Source: Marivirga sp. ANT-B6 (GTDB lineage Bacteria > Bacteroidota > Bacteroidia > Cytophagales > Cyclobacteriaceae). From it: DNA of 55,927 bases. Shown here in pieces: positions 1 through 8,449 of this stretch. Where the stretch lies: NCBI GenBank assembly GCA_001683905.1, contig LXQK01000131.1, positions 5,560 to 61,486 of the forward strand. The letters run 5' to 3'. The translations under genes were made by a program, and so were the position numbers. Within the stretch, counting starts at the first letter, position 1, and each line of letters opens with the position of its first letter. The notes below the pieces were generated by a model, which saw nothing but the letters and a program-made list of their open reading frames with translations, ran no database searches and was not told the DNA's origin.

Positions 1-26
1 GCTTATACTTAATCCATGAAGCAATA

Positions 27-76
27 ATACGTATAAATACGTATAAAAAAAATAAATATGTCAAAATAATTACGTA
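27..76. promoter_or_regulatory. Tandem ATACGTAT palindromic boxes upstream of cobA (27-34 and 37-44, 10-bp register) plus a TACGTA core at 71-76
   Basis: Read directly: AATACGTATAAATACGTATAA. The same 21-mer, with 2 mismatches, recurs upstream of nasA at 4840-4860. The third core lies at 71-76, and the cobA ATG is at 122. Confidence 0.5.
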
Positions 77-121
77 CTATTGTTTTCATATTGATAAAAT
101 CGAACCCTAAATATATCCCTA

Positions 122-895
122 ATGGAAGTAGACAAAATAGCAAAAGTAACTTTAGTAGGAGCAGGACCAGGAGCAGCAGACCTAATAACAGTAAGGGGTT
201 TAAAAATTTTACAAGAGGCGGATGTTATCCTTTATGATGCTTTAATAAGCGAAGCGCTTTTAGCGCAATTAGACGAAGCAATCCTTAAAGTGTACGTAGG
301 TAAACGCTGTGGTTTGCATTCGTTTGCCCAAGATGAAATTAACGACCTTATTGTAAAATATGCATTTGAATATGGACATGTGGTTCGATTAAAAGGAGGA
401 GATCCTTTTGTATTTGGCAGGGCGAATGAGGAGATTGAATTTGTGGAATCATTTGGCATTCCTGTAAGCGTAGTTCCAGGGATTTCAAGTTCAATAGCAG
501 TGCCGTCCAGCCAGGGAATACCCATGACCAAAAGAGGTGTAAGCAGTAGTTTTTGGGTAATGACAGCCACAAAACGGGATGGGTCATTCTCTCAAGATTT
601 GAAATATGCGGCTAGTTCTTCAACCACTATGGTTATATTAATGGGCGTGCGAAAATTAGGGGAGATAGCCCTTGAGGTAATTAAATATAGGAGTTCAATG
701 ACTCCTATTGCGGTAATTCAAAACGGCACTACAGAAAAGGAATCCTGTGTTGTAGCTACGCTAGCGACTATTCATAATTATATAGATGCTATAACGATCG
801 AAGAGCCTGGAATAATTGTAATTGGTGATGTTGTTGCGGAACATCCGTCCTTTTTTAAAGAAGAGGTACAACGTGTGCTACACGCTGGCTTCTAA
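122..895 (+). CDS. cobA: Uroporphyrinogen-III C-methyltransferase (SUMT, first step of the siroheme branch)
   Basis: 257-aa ORF with the N-terminal signature VTLVGAGPGAADLITVRGLKILQEADVILYDAL and the GGDPFVFGR motif typical of tetrapyrrole methylases. It has no CysG dehydrogenase/chelatase N-domain. Confidence 0.9.
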   Translation: MEVDKIAKVTLVGAGPGAADLITVRGLKILQEADVILYDALISEALLAQLDEAILKVYVGKRCGLHSFAQDEINDLIVKYAFEYGHVVRLKGGDPFVFGRANEEIEFVESFGIPVSVVPGISSSIAVPSSQGIPMTKRGVSSSFWVMTATKRDGSFSQDLKYAASSSTTMVILMGVRKLGEIALEVIKYRSSMTPIAVIQNGTTEKESCVVATLATIHNYIDAITIEEPGIIVIGDVVAEHPSFFKEEVQRVLHAGF

Positions 896-926
896 TTTTT
901 TATAGTCAACAATTAAAAATCATAAC

Positions 927-1099
927 TACGTAGTAATCCATATTTTATCTGCTTATCCAAGCACTTGTGTTTCATATTTCATAAAATATACTGGAAAAAA
1001 TTTAAAATTATTTATTTTTTCGACCACTGAAAAAGTATATCGATAGATATATACGTAGTTTAATATAAATAAAAAACAAAAACTAAGTAGGAATACGTA
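927..1099. promoter_or_regulatory. Three TACGTA boxes in the narK upstream region (cores 927-932, 1052-1057, 1094-1099)
   Basis: Read directly: CTACGTAG, ATACGTAG and ATACGTAG, in a very AT-rich 250-bp intergenic region. The last two are 42 bp apart, about 4 helical turns. Confidence 0.45.
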
Positions 1100-1147
1100 G
1101 ATTATGTAGTAGATTTGAAAATCATTAATATCAAAACTATCTACATT

Positions 1148-2563
1148 ATGGAAAATCTTTCTAAAAAATCGACCACGTTAAAGTTGTCCAATTTTAAGAG
1201 TATGCCTATCCGTACCTTCTGGATTACATCAATTGCTTTCTTTATCTGTTTTTTTGCCTGGTTCGGCATTGTGCCTTTTATGCCCGATGTGGTAAAAGAT
1301 CTTGGCCTTACCCCGGATCAAAAATGGAACTCTATCATTTTAGCGGTAACCGGGACGGTATTTGCCAGGTTGCTTATAGGGAAACTTTGCGATAGATACG
1401 GGCCAAGATTATGTTATACCTTTTTGCTCATATTGGGAGCTATACCTGTTATCCTAATTGGATTTGTTCAAACACCTATGCAATTTTTGTTCTGTAGATT
1501 TTTTATTGGATTTATAGGTGCCTCCTTTGTTATTACCCAATTCCACACTTCTATCATGTTCGCACCAAATATTGTAGGAACTGCGAATGCCACCTCTGCG
1601 GGTTGGGGAAACTTGGGTGGTGGAGCCAACCGTTTGGGAATGCCATTGATTGCCGCTGCCGTGGTTAGTTTTGGTGTAGCTGATGAAATTGCATGGCGTT
1701 ATTCCATGATTATTGCGGGTATTATTGCCATGTTGATGGGTGTGGTTTACTATTACTTTACCCAAGATACCCCAGAAGGTAACTTTGCACAGTTAAAAAA
1801 AGAAGGTAAAATGCCCAATTTAAAAAAAGACGAGGAATCTTTCTTGAGTGTATTGAAGGATTACCGTGTTTGGATTTTATTTATCGTATATGCTGCTTGT
1901 TTTGGTATTGAACTAACGGTATATGGCACTATGGATGATTACTTGCAGAATACCTTTGGTCTGTCACGATCCGCCGCTGGAAACTTGGTGCTTTCTTTTG
2001 CCTTGATGAACATTTTTGCTCGTACATTGGGGGGTTATTTCGGCGACCTATTTGGCAAATTAAAAGGACTTTATGGCAGGGTTATTTTTTTAACGGTAAT
2101 TCTTGCTGCAGAAGGCGCAATGCTATCCATTTTCTCTATCACTACAAGCTTTGTTCTAGGAATCATCTTCTTAATCGCATTTAGCTTAACGGTTCAAATG
2201 GCAGAAGGTGCAACATTTTCCGTGGTTCCTTTTATCAATAAAAAAGCGATCGGTTCTATTTCGGGTATTGTCGGCGCGGGTGGAAATGTTGGGGCGTTCC
2301 TGGCGGCAATGTTCTTAAAATCAAAATCTGCTGTAGCAGAGACTAGTGCTTTGGCGGCCAATTCCAATTTAGGTGAAGCGGCTATGAAAGCAGCACAGTC
2401 AGCGGCAGCTGCAAATGCCGTATCTAGTGGGTATTTCATCATTGGTGGGTTTGTCGTTATTAGCGCATTGACTACGCTGGCCATTAAATTTTCTACCGCA
2501 GATGAAAACGCGGTGCAAGCGGAAATGAAGGGTGTATTGGCAATTTCTGGATCCGGCAAATAA
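1148..2563 (+). CDS. narK: MFS nitrate/nitrite transporter (NNP family, NarK/NasA-type)
   Basis: Multi-TM ORF with the NNP signature AGWGNLGGGANRLGMP and a second G-rich motif, GIVGAGGNVGAF. The ORF-track start at 1115 is TTG, so I prefer the ATG at 1148 (MENLSKK). Confidence 0.9.
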   Translation: MENLSKKSTTLKLSNFKSMPIRTFWITSIAFFICFFAWFGIVPFMPDVVKDLGLTPDQKWNSIILAVTGTVFARLLIGKLCDRYGPRLCYTFLLILGAIPVILIGFVQTPMQFLFCRFFIGFIGASFVITQFHTSIMFAPNIVGTANATSAGWGNLGGGANRLGMPLIAAAVVSFGVADEIAWRYSMIIAGIIAMLMGVVYYYFTQDTPEGNFAQLKKEGKMPNLKKDEESFLSVLKDYRVWILFIVYAACFGIELTVYGTMDDYLQNTFGLSRSAAGNLVLSFALMNIFARTLGGYFGDLFGKLKGLYGRVIFLTVILAAEGAMLSIFSITTSFVLGIIFLIAFSLTVQMAEGATFSVVPFINKKAIGSISGIVGAGGNVGAFLAAMFLKSKSAVAETSALAANSNLGEAAMKAAQSAAAANAVSSGYFIIGGFVVISALTTLAIKFSTADENAVQAEMKGVLAISGSGK

Positions 2564-2668
2564 GCGCACTTATCAAAATTCAAATCTAATAAATACGATG
2601 AACAGTTTAATAGTATCATTGATGTGCATGCCTGAGCAATTTCCAAAAAATCTAAACTGAATACACCA

Positions 2669-3952
2669 ATGAAAAAATACTTTTTAATTCTAACAATAAG
2701 CTTGTTAAGCGCGCATGCGACATTTTCACAGTTCTCGCTAGATGGTCAGTTTAGGCCAAGAGCAGAGTACAGACATGGTTACGGGAGTTTGATACCTGAT
2801 CGCGCAGATGCCGGTTTTGCAATCTCAACCCGTGTCCGTTTAAATGCCACGTATACGATTGATTCCTATCAATTTTATTTGAGTTTTCAAGATATAATGG
2901 TTTGGGGAGAGAACAGACAGCTTCTACCTGATGACCAAAATGATTCCTTTGCAGTTTTTGAAGCGTGGGCGAACATCAACCTGGGGAAAGGATGGTCCGC
3001 CAAATTGGGAAGACAGGTAATTTCCTATGACGACGAGCGTATATTTGGAGGCTTGGATTGGGCGCAGCAAGGCAGAAACCACGATGCGGGCCTTTTAAAA
3101 TACAAGATAGAAAAATTTTTATTGGATATTGGACTTGCCTTTAGTCAGGATTTTGATGACCCATCCGGGTTTCAGTCTATTGGAACCGCCTATACGACGA
3201 CTGGATTTTTTACTTATAAAACCATGCAATATCTATATGCTAAACAGCAATGGACAGATTTTTCAGGAAGTATCCTGGCATTGAACAATGGGTTTCAAAA
3301 CTTTGACACCTTGGGCGAAGCTGATGGAACCAGTAATCTACAGACGATTGGAACGCATTTGGAGTATAAAAAGGGAAGTTTTAATACAAATGCAAATGTA
3401 TTCTTGCAGACTGGTGAACGGCAAAATAGTTTGAAAGTGGGCGGTGCCTACCTATTGGGACTTGAACTGGGATATAAAGCGAACGATAAGTTGAATTTTG
3501 GTTTAGGAGCGGAAATTATAAGTGGAAATAAAGCGCGTACTACGGATAAAACCGAAGCGTTCTTCCCTCTTTATGGCACCAATCATAAATTCAACGGATT
3601 TATGGATTATTTCTACGTCGGCAACCACGCCAATTCTGTTGGATTGACTGATATTCACGCAAGTGCCAATTTTACCTTGGGTGAAAAATCAAGCTTGCTC
3701 GTCAAAGTATTAAATTTTAGCGGACAACAGGAATTAGCGAGCAGTGAAAAATTATTGGGTACGGAAGTGGATCTGGTATTTTCCAAAAGTTTCAATGGCT
3801 ATGGTCTGGCTATAGGGTATTCCCAAATGTTCGCCGCAGAGGGTATGTATGAGTTAAAGGGCATCGCTGAAGATGCAGCTGCAAGTAACCAGAATTGGGC
3901 ATGGGTGATGCTGACCATTAAGCCGAATTTTTTGAATACGGCAAAGGATTAA
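2669..3952 (+). CDS. Outer-membrane porin, alginate-export-like beta-barrel, probably an anion (nitrate/nitrite) channel
   Basis: Signal peptide MKKYFLILTISLLSAHATFSQ. The sequence has alternating amphipathic beta-strand character with many aromatic girdle residues. The family assignment comes from overall resemblance and from cluster context. Confidence 0.65.
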   Translation: MKKYFLILTISLLSAHATFSQFSLDGQFRPRAEYRHGYGSLIPDRADAGFAISTRVRLNATYTIDSYQFYLSFQDIMVWGENRQLLPDDQNDSFAVFEAWANINLGKGWSAKLGRQVISYDDERIFGGLDWAQQGRNHDAGLLKYKIEKFLLDIGLAFSQDFDDPSGFQSIGTAYTTTGFFTYKTMQYLYAKQQWTDFSGSILALNNGFQNFDTLGEADGTSNLQTIGTHLEYKKGSFNTNANVFLQTGERQNSLKVGGAYLLGLELGYKANDKLNFGLGAEIISGNKARTTDKTEAFFPLYGTNHKFNGFMDYFYVGNHANSVGLTDIHASANFTLGEKSSLLVKVLNFSGQQELASSEKLLGTEVDLVFSKSFNGYGLAIGYSQMFAAEGMYELKGIAEDAAASNQNWAWVMLTIKPNFLNTAKD

Positions 3953-4048
3953 ATTTTTTGTAAAGATGCTTCGATGGGGTGCCACCCGTACTACATAAGT
4001 ATGGCAGCGCCTTTTTCGTTTTTAAAATTATATGTAATTTAGCACAGT

Positions 4049-4054
4049 TACGTA
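4049..4054. promoter_or_regulatory. Single TACGTA box (TTACGTATAA) 15 bp upstream of the response-regulator ATG
   Basis: Read directly. It has the same core as the boxes upstream of cobA, narK and nasA. Confidence 0.35.
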
Positions 4055-4068
4055 TAATTACCTATATT

Positions 4069-4740
4069 ATGAGTGAAATCACTAAAATTGTTTTGGCAGA
4101 TGACCATGCTTTGGTCAGGGATGGAATAAGGGCTTTATTAGAATCCGAAAGGGATTTGGAAGTCATTGGAGAGGTTTCCAATGGCGAGGAAGCTATCGTG
4201 ATGGTTGAAAAGCTGCATCCAGATCTTCTAATAATTGATATTAGGATGCCGGTCATGAACGGTATTGAAGCTGTTGAAGCACTTCACAATAACAATTCTA
4301 ATGTAAAAGTCATCATACTTTCCATGCATGATTCAGAAGAGTATATCTTAAAATCAATTAGCGCAGGAGCAAACGGTTATTTGTTGAAGGATACGGATAA
4401 GACTGAGTTTATAAAAGCGATACATATAGTACGTGATGGTGGCAAATACTTCAGTGGGGATATTAGCAATGTACTTGTAAACAATATTTTAGGCTTGAAG
4501 TTGCCGCTAGTCAACCACGAGAAACAGAGTACACCCAGTGAAAATATTTTTGATTTAACCAATAAAGAACTGCAAATATTAGAATTGGTTCTTTCCGGAT
4601 TGACCAATCAACAGATTTCAGAAAAATTAAAGAACAGTAAGCGTACCATAGAAACCCACCGGTTCAACCTCATGCGTAAAATGGATGTTAAAAATTTAAT
4701 TGACCTTTCTAAAAAAGCGCAAAAACATCAATTGGTTTAG
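4069..4740 (+). CDS. NarL/FixJ (LuxR-type HTH) two-component response regulator with no cognate kinase in the window
   Basis: Receiver domain features: IVLADDHALVRDG and LLIIDIRMPVMNG (phospho-acceptor Asp). C-terminal LuxR HTH: LTNKELQILELVLSGLTNQQISEKLKNSKRTIETHR. The start is taken at ATG 4069 (MSEITKIV) rather than the upstream alternative start at 3979. Confidence 0.9.
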   Translation: MSEITKIVLADDHALVRDGIRALLESERDLEVIGEVSNGEEAIVMVEKLHPDLLIIDIRMPVMNGIEAVEALHNNNSNVKVIILSMHDSEEYILKSISAGANGYLLKDTDKTEFIKAIHIVRDGGKYFSGDISNVLVNNILGLKLPLVNHEKQSTPSENIFDLTNKELQILELVLSGLTNQQISEKLKNSKRTIETHRFNLMRKMDVKNLIDLSKKAQKHQLV

Positions 4741-4839
4741 AATACCTGTCTTTAAATGAGGTCTTAGTTCATTAATCGCATGCATTATAGCACATAATTC
4801 ATACTCATAACAAATTACCCTAATCTTTATCACAACTTA

Positions 4840-4863
4840 AATACGTATTAATACGTATTTTTG
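4840..4863. promoter_or_regulatory. Tandem ATACGTAT boxes (4841-4848, 4851-4858) overlapping a TAnnTTTG -7-like box (4856-4863) upstream of nasA
   Basis: Read directly: AATACGTATTAATACGTATTTTTG. The Bacteroidota -7 consensus is TAnnTTTG, and the nasA ATG is at 4909. Confidence 0.5.
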
Positions 4864-4908
4864 TATTTTGCAGTATTGAAATTAAAGTTGCTCGTCAGCA
4901 CAAGTAAA

Positions 4909-7900
4909 ATGCAAAATAAAAAAACACATAAAACAATTTGTTCCTATTGTGGCGTGGGCTGTGGTATGCTGGTAAATGTGGATGCAAAAGGAACAATATC
5001 AGTTGATGGTAATCCAGATTATCCTTCCAATAAGGGTATGTTATGTACCAAGGGCCGTAATTTAAATTATGTTGCCCAAGATACCTCGGATCGCATATTG
5101 TATCCAGAAATGCGATGGAGCCGAAATCACCCTTTACAACGTGTTAGTTGGGATACGGCCTATGAACGTGCTGCGGCAGTATTTAAAAGTATCATCGCCA
5201 AACACGGTCCGGATAGTGTAGCATTTTATGTGTCCGGTCAATGCTTAACGGAGGAATATTACCTGGTCAACAAACTGACCAAAGGTTTTATAGGCACCAA
5301 TAACATAGACACTAATTCACGATTATGTATGAGTTCTGCGGTCGCGGGCTATAAAAAAACTTTGGGTGAGGACTCCGTTCCTATATCCTATGAAGATATA
5401 GAGTTGGCGGACTGTTTTTTGATTGCGGGGGCAAACCCTGCCTGGTGTCATCCTATACTTTACCGCAGATTGGAAAAGCATAAGGAACAAAATCCTCAAG
5501 TAAAAATAATCGTTGTAGATCCCCGTAAAACCCAAACCTGTGCAGGGGCGGATTTACACTTGCAGATTTTGCCGGGTACCGATGTTATTCTTTTCAACGC
5601 CATTGCCCGTTGGTTAATCGAAAAAAGAAAAATAGACACTTCTTTTATTAAAAAACATACGACAAATTACAACGCGTGTAAGGAAACGGCCTTTTCATTA
5701 TCAATTAGGGAAGCTGCAAAAAAATGTGGCATTGAGGTCAGTGCTATTCGTAAGGCGGCAGAATTTATAGGAAATGCCAAAAAGTTTATAAGCATGTGGA
5801 CCATGGGGCTCAATCAAAGTGTGATCGGGGTCGCAAAAAATGTGTCGCTCATAAATCTTTCATTGTTGACTGGCCAGATCGGTAAACCTGGCTGTGGTCC
5901 TTTTTCATTAACCGGACAGCCCAATGCCATGGGTGGTCGTGAAGTGGGGGGGATGGCAAATTTGTTGGCGGCCCATAAAGATTTAGGAAACCCAGCACAT
6001 AGAAAGGAAGTATCGGATTTTTGGGGAGGTGGAGAGATTAAGGCGGAACCAGGTTACACTGCTACGGAAATGTTTGATGCGTTAGAAAATGGAAAGCTAA
6101 AGGCTATCTGGATTATTTGTACCAATCCGGCCGTGAGTATGCCCAACGTCCATAAGGTTGAAAAAGCATTGAAGAACGCCAAGTTTGTAGTGGTACAGGA
6201 CATCTCGCATAATTCTGAAACTACAAAGTTTGCAGATTTGTTATTGCCCGCCGCGGGATGGTTAGAAAAAGAGGGCACCATGACCAACTCAGAAAGGCGT
6301 ATCAGTCATTTGCCCAAAGTAATTGACCCTCCAGGGGAAGCCATGCCAGATGCGGAAATATTATGGCGTTTTGCCCAGGCTATGGGCTATCATGGTTTTG
6401 ACTATAAAAATGCCAGTGAGGTATATGATGAGCATTGTTTGCTTACCAAAGGCACGGAGATAGATATCTCTGGACTTTCCTATGACCGACTTATCAGTGA
6501 GGGTAGTTTTCAATGGCCCGTTCCCCACAATACCCATATGGGAACTCCGCGACTATTTACGGACTTTCAATTTTTTACCGACGATAAAAAAGCGCATTTT
6601 AATGCGCCATCCACCCTATACAATAAGTCTGAAGAAACTGATTACGAGTATTCGTTGATCTTAAATACGGGCAGGGTCAGGGACCAATGGCATACCCGCA
6701 CCAAAACTGGCAAGGTAAAGCGTTTGCTTACCCATATTCCAGAGCCTTATTTGGAAATGAACAGGGTCGATGCCTATTTGAGAAATCTTAAGGAGGGTGA
6801 TATTGCAGTCGTTAAAAGTAGAAGGGGACAGGTACAGGTAAAAGTGCAGGTTAACTTTGATATCCGTAAATCTGTTGTGTTTCTACCCATGCATTGGGGC
6901 AAGGTATTGAATAATGATTTTGGAAGGGCCAATAATCTCACCAGCGAATTGGTAGATCCCGTGTCAAAAGAACCTGATTTTAAATATTGTGCTGTTGAGG
7001 TAACCAAATTTGTTAAGCAAAAACAGAAAATCATCATTATTGGTGCCGGGGCGGCAGCGTATCGATTTATTCAATCGTATCGAGAAAAGAATAGAAGGGA
7101 CCCGCTACATGTTTTTTCCAAGGAAGAAAATCCATTTTATAATCGAGTACTCCTACCTGACTATGTAAGTGATGAACTTTCATGGGATGCGCTGGAAAAG
7201 TTGAAAAAGGGGGAGTTGAACAAGCTGTCGGTAGTATTGCATTCCGGTATTGGGATTGATAAGATTGATGCCCATAAAAAGACGGTAACCGATTCAAACG
7301 GAACGGAACATTCGTATGATCTTTTGATTATGGCCACGGGTAGTAGGGCTTATGTGCCTAGTGATGTACAGATACAATTACCAGGTCGTTTTACGATGCG
7401 GGAAAAGGGAGATGCGGATAAGTTAAAGAGCTATTTAGCAGAAACAGGCCTTCCTGCAAGGGAACAAAATGTGGTCATTGTTGGCGGTGGATTATTGGGC
7501 TTGGAACTTGCAGCCTCACTGAAAAAAATAGATGTGAATATTAGCATTATTCAACGGGCACCAAAATTAATGGAACGACAACTGGATAGCGTTGCAAGCC
7601 GTTTGTTGGCCGAGGATGTTTTGGAACGGGGCATAAATCTTTACTTTGACAACGAGGTTAGTACCGTTTTTGAAGATAGGACGCGAAAACATACCCTTTT
7701 GATTAACCTAAAAACCGGGCGAACTATTCAATGTAACGCCATAGTCTATGCTATCGGTACCAGACCCAACATAGAATTGGCGAAACAGACCAATTTGAAT
7801 ACCCATAGAGGGGTGGTGGTCAATTCATATTTACAATCCAGCGACCCAACTATTTTTGCGTTGGGAGAAATTGCGGAATATAAAAATGCATTGTTCGGTA

Positions 7901-8439
7901 TTACTTCCGCAGCGGAACAACAGGCAGATATTGCAGCAAATTACATCCTTGGTGATTTTAGTAGTATCTATAGCGGTTCTGTGTTGATGAACATTCTAAA
8001 GTTTGAAAACCTGGACCTTTGTAGTATCGGGATGGTCAATGCGCCCATTGGAGATTCGTCATATGAGGAAATTATCCTGATGGATGTCAATAAACGTTTT
8101 TACAAAAAATGTATCGTTAAGGATGACACCTTAAAAGGCGCCATTTTAATGGGCGATAAAAATGAGTTTGCAGAATTTAAAAGATTGATCGAAGAAGAGA
8201 TAGAACTCTCTGAAAAAAGAAACGAACTCTTACGTGGGGCTTCGACCTCTGTGCCACTAAAAGGGAAAATAGTTTGCTCGTGTAGTCAGGTGGGAGAAGG
8301 TAATATTTTGGACGCCATAAATGGGGGCTGCACCAATTTCAACAAACTCTGCTCAGAAACAGGTGCGGGATTGGGCTGTGGAAGCTGCAAGCCTGAAATT
8401 AAGGAACTACTAAAAAACCATCTGGTTTTGGCCAATTAA
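4909..8439 (+). CDS. nasA: Assimilatory nitrate reductase catalytic subunit (molybdopterin) fused to a NirB-N-terminal-like FAD/NAD(P)H reductase with a BFD-type [2Fe-2S] domain
   Basis: N-terminal CSYCGVGCGM...LCTKG 4Fe-4S motif, followed by a molybdopterin-oxidoreductase body up to about nt 7020. Then come IIIIGAGAAAYRF (FAD), VVIVGGGLLGLELA (NAD) and a C-terminal CSCSQVGEGNILDAI...GCGSCKPE BFD-like 2Fe-2S domain. The ATG at 4909 (MQNKKTHK) is preferred over the TTG at 4861. Confidence 0.9.
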   Translation: MQNKKTHKTICSYCGVGCGMLVNVDAKGTISVDGNPDYPSNKGMLCTKGRNLNYVAQDTSDRILYPEMRWSRNHPLQRVSWDTAYERAAAVFKSIIAKHGPDSVAFYVSGQCLTEEYYLVNKLTKGFIGTNNIDTNSRLCMSSAVAGYKKTLGEDSVPISYEDIELADCFLIAGANPAWCHPILYRRLEKHKEQNPQVKIIVVDPRKTQTCAGADLHLQILPGTDVILFNAIARWLIEKRKIDTSFIKKHTTNYNACKETAFSLSIREAAKKCGIEVSAIRKAAEFIGNAKKFISMWTMGLNQSVIGVAKNVSLINLSLLTGQIGKPGCGPFSLTGQPNAMGGREVGGMANLLAAHKDLGNPAHRKEVSDFWGGGEIKAEPGYTATEMFDALENGKLKAIWIICTNPAVSMPNVHKVEKALKNAKFVVVQDISHNSETTKFADLLLPAAGWLEKEGTMTNSERRISHLPKVIDPPGEAMPDAEILWRFAQAMGYHGFDYKNASEVYDEHCLLTKGTEIDISGLSYDRLISEGSFQWPVPHNTHMGTPRLFTDFQFFTDDKKAHFNAPSTLYNKSEETDYEYSLILNTGRVRDQWHTRTKTGKVKRLLTHIPEPYLEMNRVDAYLRNLKEGDIAVVKSRRGQVQVKVQVNFDIRKSVVFLPMHWGKVLNNDFGRANNLTSELVDPVSKEPDFKYCAVEVTKFVKQKQKIIIIGAGAAAYRFIQSYREKNRRDPLHVFSKEENPFYNRVLLPDYVSDELSWDALEKLKKGELNKLSVVLHSGIGIDKIDAHKKTVTDSNGTEHSYDLLIMATGSRAYVPSDVQIQLPGRFTMREKGDADKLKSYLAETGLPAREQNVVIVGGGLLGLELAASLKKIDVNISIIQRAPKLMERQLDSVASRLLAEDVLERGINLYFDNEVSTVFEDRTRKHTLLINLKTGRTIQCNAIVYAIGTRPNIELAKQTNLNTHRGVVVNSYLQSSDPTIFALGEIAEYKNALFGITSAAEQQADIAANYILGDFSSIYSGSVLMNILKFENLDLCSIGMVNAPIGDSSYEEIILMDVNKRFYKKCIVKDDTLKGAILMGDKNEFAEFKRLIEEEIELSEKRNELLRGASTSVPLKGKIVCSCSQVGEGNILDAINGGCTNFNKLCSETGAGLGCGSCKPEIKELLKNHLVLAN

Positions 8440-8449
8440 AAGAATAGGT

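Noticed and set aside
2194-2646. 150-aa antisense ORF over the 3' end of narK. Similar long antisense ORFs occur at 11155-11511, 14949-15302, 18358-18696, 28477-28845, 33553-33915, 44147-44542 and 46428-46760.
   Set aside because: Each lies inside, and opposite to, a CDS with strong family motifs. Their translations are low-complexity or motif-free. They are typical shadow ORFs.
3979-4068. N-terminal extensions in the ORF track that begin at alternative start codons. Other cases are 1115, 4861, 28400, 35298, 37814, 48661, 50365, 37551 and 40935.
   Set aside because: In each case an internal ATG gives a product whose N-terminus matches the family norm or a proper signal peptide. The extensions overlap promoter regions or upstream genes.
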